DNA of 64,000 nt from Octopus sinensis (GCF_006345805.1 NC_043000.1:156364001-156428000); one strand, 5' to 3'. Counted from the stretch's first letter, positions 40,282 to 53,102 are shown. Translations and numbers: made by a program. The notes: generated by a model not told the origin, from the sequence alone.

Positions 40282-41134
40282 ATACAGACATATTTGCCTT
40301 TCAGTTGTAAAATTGCGAACAAACCACCCTTATTATTTATATATGCAGACATATGTACACACACGCACGCACACGCACGTACACACACACACACACACAC
40401 CACAACTGATGTAATGGATGCAATGCAATATTCGACTTCAACGGTACACATTCGTATCATTGTGGAATAATGATGTGTTTCTAATTTTCATTTTGTTATG
40501 ATTAATTTTAAGTCCGCAAGAAAAATAGCTGATATCTATTTTTTAATCAATTTTTTGATTGGATTAAAAGCAAATCAATTTGATATTTGAATTCAGCACA
40601 TAGAGACGAAATTAAAGATTGTAAGAAAAAGTTTTCTCTGGTCTTCTATTATTTCTTGCTATCCCTGGTCTTAATGAATTGTACCTTTGACCAGAAGTTT
40701 CTATTTTTCTTAGAGGTCAAATACATGTTCTGCGTCGCGTACGGTGCATTTTCCAAACAGAATTATCTGATAAAAGTTTGTGGCTACAAAAGAAAACTCG
40801 ATAAATACTCTTGTGCTTTATAATTTGTAGATAACAATATATTAAGTGGTAGCAAACTCTCTGAAGCAACTGTTTAACGTACATTGTTGAAATGGTATCC
40901 GTATATATATATATATATAAATAGAAAGGGCAATGGAATTGTTGCAACGGTTGTATGCCGATAAATGTTTTACTTACTAAGCTTCGTCTTTATACTTTTT
41001 GAATTAAAATTCCCAGTGGTGTAGATAAAATAAACTGTACGCATATAATAAAATCGATTTTAGTGGTTATATTCTTTCTTGCAAACTTTGCAGTCTTATT
41101 TCGACCCAAGAAATAATTAATATAAGAGATATAT

Positions 41135-41386
41135 AAACAATGCAGCGTAGAAGGTGTTTGTAAGCCATTTAAGAAACACACAAAAGCCGTTCGATTCACT
41201 TCAACCTTTAAGTTTAATTTGTCAAAATATTTTCGTCGCTAAAATCCACGACCTGTCCAGTGAACAGGTCGCGGATTTTAGCGCCGAAAATATTTTGACA
41301 AATTAAACTTAAAGGTTGAAGTGAATCGAACGGCTTTTGTGTGTTTCTTAAATGGCTTACAAACACCTTCCACGCTGCAATTGTTT
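41135..41386. repeat. Near-perfect palindrome: 122/123-nt arms with a 7-nt loop
   Basis: Arms 41135-41256 and 41264-41386 differ by 3 substitutions and 1 indel. Confidence 0.95.
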
Positions 41387-41766
41387 TCGTTCCAGCACAC
41401 GATCTCAGATCAAATCACTTGCTATGCGAGTACATCTCCGAAAAAGAGATATATAATTTCTTGATAAAAAACAAACTATACATCATAGAACCTCATTTCT
41501 TAATACTTTTTGAATTACTTTCCTAAACCAAATCTAGATTTAGACGCAGGTGTAGCCGTGTGGTTAAAAGCTCTCTTCTCAGCCATGTGATCCGGGTTCG
41601 ATTCTACTGGTTGACACTTAACTATATATATATATATATATATAAAAGCCCTTCAGCTCTTATTTCGAGCAGTGTATGTGTTCTGACACCCTCAGTTATA
41701 TATGATGCCAATTACTGTTTTTCCGTTTTGATGAAACCCTGCTACTATCTAGCTGCCTCTTTTAAT

Positions 41767-41862
<96 letters not shown>

Positions 41863-41997
41863 ATTTGTGAGTTTAGTTCACAGGTAATCTAAACAAGTAG
41901 GTACGCTGGGCAAATGCTGTAACGGATTACCAGGGCTCCAAGCTCATAGTCGAGACGGAAGTTATGGAACCACTGTAGATTTATGATATATATATAT

Positions 41998-42039
<42 letters not shown>

Positions 42040-42040
<1 letters not shown>

Positions 42041-42334
42041 CACGTGACCGACCAGTCCATCGGATGTAGTTACACATCGCTGTTCACAATGCGTTCGAAT
42101 TGTTTTAGCCTTCGAATGATGCCACCCCGCTGGCTAAGCGAGCAGGCCAACAGCAGAAAGAGTGAGAGAAAGAGTGGTGAAAGAGTACAGCAGGGATCAC
42201 CACCCCCTGCCGGAGCCTCGTGGAGGTTTTTAGGTGTTTTCGCTCAATAAACACTCACAACGCCCGGTCTGGGAATCGAAACCGCGACCCGACGACCGTG
42301 AGTCCGTTGTCCTAACCACTGGGCCATTGCGCCT

Positions 42335-42337
<3 letters not shown>
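42040..42337 (-). mobile_element. tRNA-derived SINE family A, full copy
   Basis: Same head and body as 35190-35455; inserted between (TA)n and (CA)n. Confidence 0.88.
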
Positions 42338-42383
<46 letters not shown>

Positions 42384-42429
42384 CACATACATGAAAATAT
42401 AAATATTATTAATACGTTATTAATATCCA

Positions 42430-43230
42430 GCAAGAATAAAGCACCATAAAGGCGACGTACATCCGTGAAGATGTCACCGCATTGATACTGCTGTCTCATT
42501 CGAATGCGGTCTGTGACACACTTATAGTACATCTAAAGCAACTTGGCGTGGTAATATTCTCATTATACCGCCCACCCGATACTTCAAACTACGATGGCAA
42601 GTTTGAGGAATGTCTTTCGAAGATAAAAGAAGTACTCTCAAACCTAGATCAATGCCTTAACGTACTTCTGATGGGGGACTTCAACTTCGACTACATTAGA
42701 TGGCCCGAAAGTGTCATAACCTCAGGACTGACACGAAAAGAATGCAATCAGGAAGAATCTGTAGTAGATCTCACGAAAATGATGTTCATGGAGCAGACCA
42801 TACTTTCCCGAACCATTCTGGATCTCTGCCTTACAAGCAATATAGACCTTATCCACAACATAAACATATCACCGTCTACCCGCTCAGACCATAACATGCT
42901 AGAACTGTCAATATATGGCTCAAAGCTAAGTAAAGAATCTTACAACACTGCTGGATCTCAAGCGCTAGCCAACCTGAACTTTTACAAGGCTGACTGGAAG
43001 TCCATCAACAAAGAGATACTCCAACAAAACTGGCTTCAAATCTGTCCATGCAAGACACTGACATGAAATTCAATGAATTCATGTCTATAATGCGAGCTAT
43101 ATGCATTAAGTTTGTCCCAGAGAAGAAAGCCACCACACACAAGAACATTATTTCCCGAGATAGAAGAATCCTAATGCGACGGAGGATAAAGATCTCGAAT
43201 TGCTTAAATGTAATCCGCTACAAACTTAAG
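42430..43230 (+). mobile_element. CR1/L2-group LINE fragment: APE endonuclease domain
   Basis: SLYRPP, LMGDFNF, ILDLCLT and SDHNML motifs, followed by LNFYKADWKSI. Confidence 0.85.
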
Positions 43231-43774
43231 CCTGTGTCGTCGGCAACTAAACAGGCAACAACGTCAAGCTTGCTTGAGGAAGAATAGCCTGCAGGATGAA
43301 AAATAGGACATATCTAAAAACTGACTTCTCCAAGACAAGCATAGTGAAGTCAATGGCCTTTCATCCAACAACGTGTACATGTGCACGTTAGTGTGCTTGG
43401 TTAGTAGCATGAAGGAATAAGCAGCTTTCATCTCTTCAGATTCGAAGATAGTGGCAGCAGGCTAATGGGGGGTAACTGGGAAGATGGTCCCATACAATCA
43501 AGTTAGGCTGGAAGCTATGTTATTTGTGCTCTAGAAGCAAACCAAAGTAGATGATACGGTGAAGTGTATCATCTGCATTCTTACACAAACTCGGTTGTTC
43601 TGATGGTATCTTGCCTCTGGGCATATTGTGTAAGTATGAGAAAGTGAATTTGATGTGTGCGCATCTTTTTCGTGCAAGTCAGATATCTGATCATTATCCA
43701 TCTGTTTGTCTATCTATCTATCTATCAATCTATCTATCCATCATCCATCTATCTATTATTGTTCAGGTTACTGC

Positions 43775-43904
43775 TTGGAATCGAACTCGGAACTTTGGAA
43801 TTAGTAGCCCGCGATCTTAACCACTCCGCCATATGCCCACGGGTATATGGTGTAGTGGTTAAGAGCGCAGGCTACTAGCCCCAAAGTTCCGAGTTCGATT
43901 CCAA
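43775..43904. repeat. Head-to-head inverted pair of tRNA-like SINE heads: 64-nt arms, 2-nt loop
   Basis: 56/64 identity between arms; each arm carries an A-box-like tggcg/tggtg..agtgg and a B box gagttcgattcc. Confidence 0.88.
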
Positions 43905-44132
43905 TGCTAGGGGGACAAACACAGACACACAAACATACACACACACATATATATATATACATATATACGACAGGCTTCTTTCAGTTTCCGTCTACCAAAT
44001 CCACTCACAAGGCTTTGGTCGGCCCGAGGCTATAGTAGAAGACACTTGCCCAAGGTGCCACGCAGTGGGACTAAACCTGGAACCATGTGGTTGGTAAACA
44101 AGCTACTTACCACACAGCCACTCCTGCGCCTA
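43905..44132 (-). mobile_element. SINE family B, 5' half
   Basis: gaagacacttgcccaaggtgccacgcagtggga core and tRNA-like head. Confidence 0.85.
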
Positions 44133-44552
44133 CACATTTTTATCTTATATTTTTTCTATTTATTTCGTCAAACAACTCGTGAAAGAAAAAAAACAAACAA
44201 ACACAAATAAAATATATTCTCAGTTTTTAAGGTAAGTGGAATGCAAAGATTGGATCAGATGCTCATGACGCTTAGGAAAGAACAATTGGTAAATACGGCG
44301 AGGGAAAAACTACGCAACAGGAGAATGAGTAAGATTATTAGAATTTGCAAATCAACATAAACTAATTTTAGCAAAAATAATTCATCAGAAGAAACTGACA
44401 AGAACAATATCACGACAATGACCAGAGGGATATAGAATAACCAAATTGATTTTGTTTTCATTCCCATAAGATATTGATCAGCTACGAAATGTGGGAGGTT
44501 TCCAGGGTCACTTACTGGCTGTGCTCACAAAATTTTAATAATCTATAATATA

Positions 44553-44725
44553 TATTTCTTTATTGCCCACAAGGTGCTAAACATAGAGGGGACAAAGAAG
44601 GACAGACAAACGGATTAAGTCGATTATATCGACCCCAGTGTGTAACTGGTACTTAATTTATTGACCCCGAAAGGATGAAAGGCAAAGTCGACCTCGGCAG
44701 ACGTTGAACTCAGAACGTAACGGCA
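44553..44725 (-). mobile_element. SINE family C (tail type 2), head missing
   Basis: tatttctttattgcccacaagg tail and gaaaggatgaaaggcaaagtcgacctcggc core. Confidence 0.8.
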
Positions 44726-44729
44726 AATA

Positions 44730-45123
44730 TAAATTGGACATGGGCGATCGTTGTATTATTTCTTGTCTTGAGGTTCACAGCCTGGGTGGATTCGCGTGAA
44801 AAATGGCACACACGTGGAGACAGGTGCATAGATTGGAATGCGGTTTGTATTTTTTTCTTAACCATTATACTTACCGAGAAAATCAATTAAAACTTTTGCT
44901 AATGGAATTTTCCTCTTTCTACCAATAAAACAATCAGTTGCTTAGAAGCTGTTTTTTGACGGGGTGGGGGGTCAGGAAATTTTCATATAGTTGGAAGCTC
45001 CAATCGAAACAGGGGACCCGAAATGATAAGGTTGACAAACGCTGTTATAGATTATACTTAACCGAAAACAATCACATCCATATCATCCAAACAGACCGGG
45101 TGAAACCGGGCTTAGCTGCAAGT
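44730..45123 (+). mobile_element. Possible non-autonomous Helitron-like element
   Basis: Subterminal GC hairpin ccgg-gtgaaa-ccgg (45096-45109) followed by ctgcaagt, resembling a Helitron hairpin plus CTRR end. The 5' end is uncertain. Confidence 0.35.
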
Positions 45124-45124
45124 A

Positions 45125-45300
45125 TTCTATAAGTACAAGGCCTGAAGCTTTGGGGGAGGGGGCTAGTCGATTACTTTGACTCCGGAAGGATAAAAGGCAA
45201 GGTCGACCTCGGAGGAATTTGAACTCAGAACGTAAAGACGGATGGAATACTGTGAGGTATTTTACTCGGTGTGCTAACAGTTCTGCCAGTTCGTCGCCTT
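45125..45300 (-). mobile_element. SINE family C (tail type 1), full length
   Basis: Head aaggcgacgaactggcagaactgttagcac, core and aggccttgtactta tail (minus strand). Confidence 0.82.
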
Positions 45301-48300
45301 ACAAAATTTTTAATAATAGCAATAAAAATTAAGAGCCAATCAGTGAAGGAGAACTAAAATGGAGGAACGTAATAGGATCTTTAAAAATTCAAACAGCCGA
45401 ACATAAGAGCAAACTATAAAACACAGAAAAGGTTGGGGGATAATTCAAATATTTATTATCATTAGATGCATTTTTTAAAGAATTAATAGAGGTCCTTGAA
45501 GAAACAACAACAGTAGAAAGAATTCTTGGTAAAAGAATTTTTGGTAAAAGAAGAACATTTAGAGTCGCTGGATAAAAAAGATATTCCAGTCAGTTTTGAT
45601 GAATGAAGAAATCTGAGACAAAAACAATATAAAACGAAACTTCAGAGATGGAATATAATTTGGATAATAGAAAATGGGGGAAAAAAGGCGAAAAATGAGA
45701 GGAGATAGAAAGAAATCATCGAATAAATATGTTTAAAATAGCATAAAAAAGATCTTAAGTTGCTGAAGATAAATATGATTTATTTACCAAAGCAAATGAA
45801 CTCTACAACCACGTTGCTGAAGATGGATAGTAACGTGTTAAGATAAGATAGGATAATTATGCTAAAATTCAGAAAGAACTAGTAACCGTTTCTGAAGTCA
45901 TACAAGCAACAATGAAACAAAATAGTAATAAATTACCCGGAATAGGTAACATAAATGCAGAATTGAAGGTGAATATATCACTGAGTTATTTTGTGTAATC
46001 TGTAACAGTGTTTTATAATAAATGGACAGAATCAATTGTGAACTACTTCAAAGAAGGAAAATCCTGAAACAAAAAACAAAGAAACAAAAACAGCACTATT
46101 AGTTTAATTAGGCATCCAAGCAAGACCTTGCTATGTTTTATTTGCTCTCATGAAGCAAACAATAAAAACGAGTACTTAATGAAATCTGGTTTTTAAGAAG
46201 GGAAGAAATATTGTTGAGTAGAATTATAACTTTAATATTATAGCGGAACGACGCTTGGAACACCAATCAGACCTTTAACCAAAATTTCATTGACTTTAAA
46301 AAAGTTGTTGACCCTGTCTGGTATGGAGCACTATAGCTTCTAAGGAAAAGTATAGCAACCATTGACCAATACTATAAAAGAAAAAGTGATTCATTATATG
46401 AACCTGTAAACCATCTGCTTTTGATTAGAAAAATTCACCAAGTAACCAGTTTAAAACAATAGACAGAAGGGTAAACTTTCATTCACCTTTTTCAATGTGA
46501 TTCTTGACTATATAATGCCAGAAGCCCTCGAGTTTAAAAAAAAAAAAATTCAACTAGGAAGTTATTTTGCCGATGATATTCAATAGGAGAAAATGAAGTA
46601 TTTAGAAATATAACAATACGTCTTGATATTGTTAGCTAGAAGATATGGCACGGAAATAAATACTGGAAAAAATAGCATATTAATATCTAGTAAATACAAA
46701 GTGAAGGTAGTCATCCATTGAAACTGTAGGGACGACGCTGACTCTAGTTGATAAATCTAAATATTTAATAATGAATGATGTGAGATTATTAAAAAAGTAA
46801 AATGCACGATTAAGGCAGCTACAGTGTATTAAGAAAATTAAATACGGCTTAGACAAATAATAGTAAAGTTTACAATAACTGTAATAATATTTTAGGCTAG
46901 TCGTACTTTATGTTTGCGTGTCGGAGACGTTGCATGCTGGAAAAAAGAGTTTGGCCTTTGAAATGAAATGTTATTGAAAGATGCTCTAAATTCTATTTTT
47001 AGAACATTGAAATAAAGTGTGTGTTAGGTGAAGAATTGATGCGGAGATTGTGGATCATGAAACTTTGTTATTAATTACCAAAAGGCGGGAAATCAAGTGG
47101 TTTAGTCATATAACACGACGTTGTGACACTCTGCCACGAGTGATATCGTTGCGCATAGACAAACATCCGGTAAAAAATGTGTAGGAAGACTACGTAGGAG
47201 ATAGTTGAGCAGCATCAAGTAATGAACAGTGATGAAATTGGTGGAAAACTTGAGGATGGCTGATGACCAGGGAAGATGAAGGTAGGAAGTTGTGTCTCTT
47301 GCAGTTTCCCTAGGAAATTTAGTATGATTGATTGGTTCCGCCTTCTGACTATGAATCAGTAACAGCCATTGCTAAACGGTGGTGATATGGACGCAAATGG
47401 ACAGTTTACATGTGCTTGGCAACAGAAATATTACAGTGCTGTCACGCAATGTCGAGTCAAGCATTTCTGTCTCCATAAAAATAACGAACATCCTTCAATT
47501 ATTGGAGCGTTTAGAATTGACTACCAATAATATAATTATCAACTCATACTGGTTCTATATTGGCCAACGAAGTTACAATATTTTTAAAATTTGGTCTTAA
47601 AAGTCCAATTATATTTCCTTTTTTTTTCGTTTATAACAAAATTATTTCTCTTCGCTCATAGAATCCTCATTAATTTGGATATCAGGTATGGATTAAACAT
47701 CATCAACAACAATAATAATAATAACAACCATAAATGCAATAGCAGTAACAATAATAAGTAGAACAACAAATATACAACGTCTGACTGAAATAAAAACACT
47801 GTCCCAAATATAATATAATCTATTGAGAGTTACGACGACGACGACGACGATGATGATGATGATGACGATGATGATGATGTAGTTGATGATGATGTTTATC
47901 CTTAAATCGGTCCTGATCTAAGACACGTACAATTAAAATGTGTTTCAGTCATGATCATCCGTCATTTTATCATAAGAGATTACATTGCCAAATGTGTCTT
48001 CTTAAAAAACAAAAAGAATAACGTGCAATTGGAAAAAGATTTGGCTGTTATTTTTTTGTTGATTCCTCGATGATGATGACGTTGCTAATAAGGTTTACAC
48101 GCCTCTCTTGTCATTAGTAAACGAATGAATGCCACATTTTCTCATTTTTGTCAATTAAAATATAGTGCTTTGTATAGTATTTGACAGTCTTAATAATTAC
48201 GAGTGCTAAAATTTTGTGTTGTAAAAAGAACCGTCTACACTAACATTAGTACACTCAACACTTTCACAGCCATATACTTGCTTCCCACTTAACACATATT

Positions 48301-48466
48301 CTACTACTATGAACAAAGAACCGATATTTACATTGTTTTCTATTCTTGGAACCGTCGTGTTTCACAGATACTCACAGATACACATACATCACTCCTCCTC
48401 CACCTTCTATGTTGAATCACACAAGAAAACAAAAGCAAAACAAAATTTAGTGTATTACTCACTGAC

Positions 48467-48558
48467 CTTCTGATTCCTTGGTATAAACGGAAGAAATTGA
48501 ACTTTCTTTCCTAATTGCTGTGTGTTCTCTCTCCCCCACAGACAAACTCAGCTGACTC
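48467..48558 (-). CDS. KCNQ: Probable KCNQ A-B linker exon
   Basis: atttcag|G AGT...GAA G|gtcagt, 92 nt with one open frame, SQLSLSVGEREHTAIRKESSISSVYTKESE. The phase 1 exit joins the helix-B exon to give [12 protein letters not shown]. No family signature in the peptide; an alternative GTGAGT donor lies 4 nt downstream. Confidence 0.5.
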
Positions 48559-48614
48559 CTGAAATATTAAACATAAAAAGAATGATTTATTTGCACACAT
48601 AACCATATATAAAA

Positions 48615-48726
<112 letters not shown>

Positions 48727-49952
48727 ATGTACATGTATGTATGTGTTTGTATGTATATATGTGCATGTATTTACATATGTGCGTATGTATGTGTACACAG
48801 ACTATACACACAGACATTTCAAGTAAACAGATACGCCTCATTAGACCGTTTTATCATCTGTGCAGACATTTAATCATCAATATGATACCCAAATGGGTTA
48901 AATCATTAAAAATTGCACAAATCATGTCTACTAAAGACTAGATTAAGTATTATGTGCATCAAATGACATTATATTCTTTCTAGAAATATATCTTTAAAAA
49001 CAATGACCGTGAGATGTGTACATGTATCTTCTATAATAAAACAGAGTTTGCGCGCGCGCGTGCGTGCGTGTTCATGCGTATTTTTCTTATGGATTCGAAC
49101 ACTAAGACGTCAATTTTGACGTATGAGGTATCAAAAGATTAAGTAATCTTTCGGCCACCAAATAAAGTATGTTTTTGTCACAAAAAGTCTTTTTTACTAC
49201 TAAAATAAGCTCGAAAACGAGGTCGGGTCGCACAGTTTTGAGGTAATTTTCGGGCAATATTTCGATTTGCTTCTAATGTTTCATTTTCGTAGCATTCTAC
49301 TGAAATATCACAGTTATTTTACATACCCTTCCTTCATTCCAAAACAAGACAAACTTGGACAATACTTCCGAAATAGGACTTCACCCGTGATTATTAAGCC
49401 ACCAACCACTATGTAGGGGTGACAGAGTAGAATTATCTCCCTCTTTCAATTTCTCATAATAATGTAAGGAGACACTACGTTGTCAACATGTTAAAACTTC
49501 AATAAGTTTGCCCTTCAATAAGTTTCTGTTTGTACTGCCTTTCTATCAACAATACAATTTTTCTTCTAAAGATAGATTGACATTATCTTTCCTTTTCAGT
49601 TTCCCATTATAATGTATGGAGACACTATGTTATCAACATGTTATAACTTATTTAACTTTATCGTTATATGACTAAACCTGGATTTCATATAATTTTTTAC
49701 ACACTTTGCTATCAATTATATAGATAAATCCAGACATCGTCTGTAAAGACAAAATATTTTAAAACGATATTTATGTGCACAGTTTCATACATGTTTCTCG
49801 GGTGCATCAACCCTACAAATACGCGCACACACTTCTTCGTGGCTTCACCATCAGAGATAAACTCCAATTTTGAAAGTATTGTTCAAGTTTTTCTTCTTTT
49901 GGAATTAAGAAAGGTATGTAAAAATAACTTCCTTTGGCACGCACACACGCAT

Positions 49953-49992
<40 letters not shown>

Positions 49993-50654
49993 GCACACAC
50001 ACACACACACACACACCACACACACACACAACTTCTGTACGAATTCCTATTTCTTGCTGTGCGCACGCGCAAAATTACAGCTCAAATCCAATTGATATGG
50101 TCTTTTTTCTATTCTGTAATCCGTGTTTGTGATGAGCATAGTTAAAAACCTGATCCTCGATATAAACTTAAAAGGAAGTTATCCCAGAAATCCTGTCCTT
50201 TACCTGTTGTTTCTAGCATGTCTGAAGTGACATTTGCGTCCCCACCTTTATTTTTTTTTTCCTAAACACGTTCTCAATATTTTAATTTTCTTCCCCACCG
50301 CAATTTTTTCCTATTTTACTATTTTCGAAAAGTAAAACAGAAAGTACGAAACCAGAAAGGAGAAAGCTAATTCGAAGACTACAGATCCAATCCATCACTG
50401 AAACTGCAAAAATCTGCAAAGCTTTCCAGGCGTTTATCATTTAAATATATATGAGAATGTCTAGAATTGCTAGTATATACGTAAGAATACATACATAAAA
50501 CAAAACATACAAATCTGCACATATACATGCACACAAAAATACCCTGTTGACCTTCAAATTCCAATGAAGGAGCCTTGGATTTAGGTTAGAAACCGGCTCT
50601 TTCTCTATTGGCAAGAAATCTTGAAATAAAAATGAATAATGACACACATGCATG

Positions 50655-50808
50655 CACATGTATGTGTGTGTGTGTGTGTGTGTATGTGTGTATGTATGTA
50701 TGTATGTGTGTATGTATGTATGTATGTATGTATGTATGTATGTATGTATGTGTATGTATGTATGTATGTATGTATGTATGTGTGTATGTTTGTATGTATA
50801 TATGTATG

Positions 50809-50840
<32 letters not shown>

Positions 50841-50969
50841 TGTATGTATGTATGTATGTATGTATGATGTAATGTGTGTATGTATGTGTAATGTATGTAT
50901 GTATGTATGTATGTATGTATGTATGTATGTATGTATGTATGTGTGTATGTTTGTATGTATATATGTATG

Positions 50970-51001
<32 letters not shown>

Positions 51002-51063
51002 TGTATGTATGTATGTATGTATGTATGTATGTATGTGTGTATGTTTGCATGTATATATGTATG

Positions 51064-51095
<32 letters not shown>

Positions 51096-51209
51096 TGTAT
51101 GTATGTATGTATGTGTGTATGTTTGTATGTATGTGTGTATGTATGTATGTATGTATGTATGTATGTATGTATGTATGTATGTGTGTATGTTTGTATGTAT
51201 ATATGTATG

Positions 51210-51241
<32 letters not shown>

Positions 51242-51300
51242 TGTATGTATGTATGTATGTATGTATGTATGTGTGTATGTTTGTATGTATATATTGTATG

Positions 51301-51332
<32 letters not shown>

Positions 51333-51566
51333 TGTATGTATGTATGTATGTATGTATGTGTGTGTGTATGTATGTATGTATGTATGTATGTATGTATGTA
51401 TGTGTGTATGTATGTATGTGTGTGTTATGTTATGTATGTATGTATGTATGTATGTATGTATGTATGTATGTATGTGTGTGTGTATGTATGTATGTATGTA
51501 TGTATGTGTGTGTGTATGTATGTATGTATGTATGTATGTATGTATGTTTGTATGTATATATGTATG

Positions 51567-51598
<32 letters not shown>

Positions 51599-51628
51599 TG
51601 TATGTATGTTTGTATGTATATATGTATG

Positions 51629-51660
<32 letters not shown>

Positions 51661-51690
51661 TGTATGTATGTATGTGTGTGTGTATCTATG
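50655..51690. repeat. ~1-kb (TATG)n array with recurring higher-order variant blocks
   Basis: Direct reading. Confidence 0.97.
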
Positions 51691-52927
51691 TATACATCTC
51701 CGCCGTATATGAAAGAGCATACTTGAATTTTCTAAAACTGCAAATATTTAACTTTTTGCTCCATTGTCTTGTAATGTAAAACGGTTTAAATGACTTATAG
51801 TCTCCATGAAGAACATAATCGAGTATATTCATAAAACGCGAGTACTAGATGTTAGCCGAATGCTAGACATATTTTTGTGAGCTTGGTACACCAATAGTTG
51901 AGTTTCTGCAATATGTTACATATGCATTACTGTACTGATCGACCCTAACGGTTTAACACCCGTCTATTGAAATAAAGAGATTCCAACAATGTGAAGACTC
52001 CTTTCACAAATCTATACCCATAACTCTTTCATAGAAATAGTTTCGTAAATAAGAAAGTTTCTACTTAGTTTGATGTTGCATGTAGTGATGTGTTTGATTC
52101 AATCTATCGTGTACAGGCATTCTTTTATTCTTTACTATTAGTGATGTGTCAGTGAGCCGATTGCATCCATGCTGATAGATTTTGGTTTCTATTTCTACAA
52201 GTGGAACGATCGCGTATAGGGAGATCTCATTGGTTCGTGACAAAGAGGTTGTTTTTATCATGTACTATAACGTTTTGTTGTAATAGTTGTTATTGTAAAA
52301 TTGATATAAAATCTGAAATTTATATGTAATGTAAATGCTTTTGATAAACAAATGAGGCTCTTCGAAGATAAAACAAGTTCCTGATTCATGACGGTAAGCA
52401 GGTGAAAGAAATTAGGTCAAGGAGATTGCTTCATAACGACGGTAACTCGCCTTTGATCTCAAGGGATCGTTGGGCAAGAATAGTCTACCACAACGTTAGG
52501 ATGACTAATGACTCTTGAGTGAAATTTAGTGGAAATCCGTCGGAGGATGATATACATACATAATACATCACCCAGTGAAACTCTGTAATCTGATCTTTGG
52601 TTTATCTTAGCGAGGTTGCGCTTTAAAGGCACGCAAACCAAGATTTTTCTATCTAGAAAAAAAAAAACCAAAACTGTTTCCTGTATACCCACGAGACTTA
52701 AATATCCCGAAAAGCGTCGTAGACGTTTTCCCCCCATATAATTCAATCTTAATAAAAAGAAAAAGAAAAGACAAACAAACACAAAATTAGTGCTTAAGCA
52801 TTCAGAAGAGGAGGTTAAAAAAGCTCGTGTTGTATCCATTCAGATACTAGTATTTATTTCCAAGTTAGATTACGAGAAGGAAACACAAAATGAAACACAC
52901 TGAGTTACTTGAAAACATGGTCTATAT

Positions 52928-53102
52928 CAGGCATGGGCAACTTCTTTTTGAGAAGTGAGCCTGAAGTGAGCATGACACATAGATCATTATTACGCGGGCC
53001 GCACAAGTAAAAAAGAAAATCAAGGGAATTTTTCATTGGGGTGCTATTCAGAAAGGCCGATGGGCCGTATACGCCCATGGAGCCGCTGTTTGTCCATGAC
53101 TG
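52928..53102. mobile_element. hAT (Charlie-like) MITE, 175 bp
   Basis: TIRs caggcatgggcaac / tttgtccatgactg (11/14); 8-bp TSD gtctatat (52920-52927) / gtctatgt (53103-53110). Confidence 0.8.

Larger units (their letters stand above)
44250..47330 (+). mobile_element. Heavily decayed RTE-clade LINE interrupted by younger insertions at 44543-45300
   Basis: Across frameshifts: endonuclease TIGKYGEG..LLEFANQHKLIL..NQIDF; RT IIAERRLEHQ..NFIDFKK, FADDI and RYGTEINTGK; C-terminal AFEMKCY and WFSHITR. Confidence 0.75.

Noticed and set aside
40690-40790. Possible extra KCNQ linker exon (DNSVWKMHRTRRRT)
   Set aside because: Weak donor and no Kv7 similarity; the longer acceptor options run into stops.
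41546-43904. tRNA genes at 41546-41610 and 43841-43904
   Set aside because: A and B boxes are present, but there is no complete cloverleaf or acceptor stem; they match SINE heads.
50530-50610. Possible KCNQ exon (FLPIEKEPVSNLNPRLLHWNLK)
   Set aside because: Non-preferred AAG acceptor and no family similarity.
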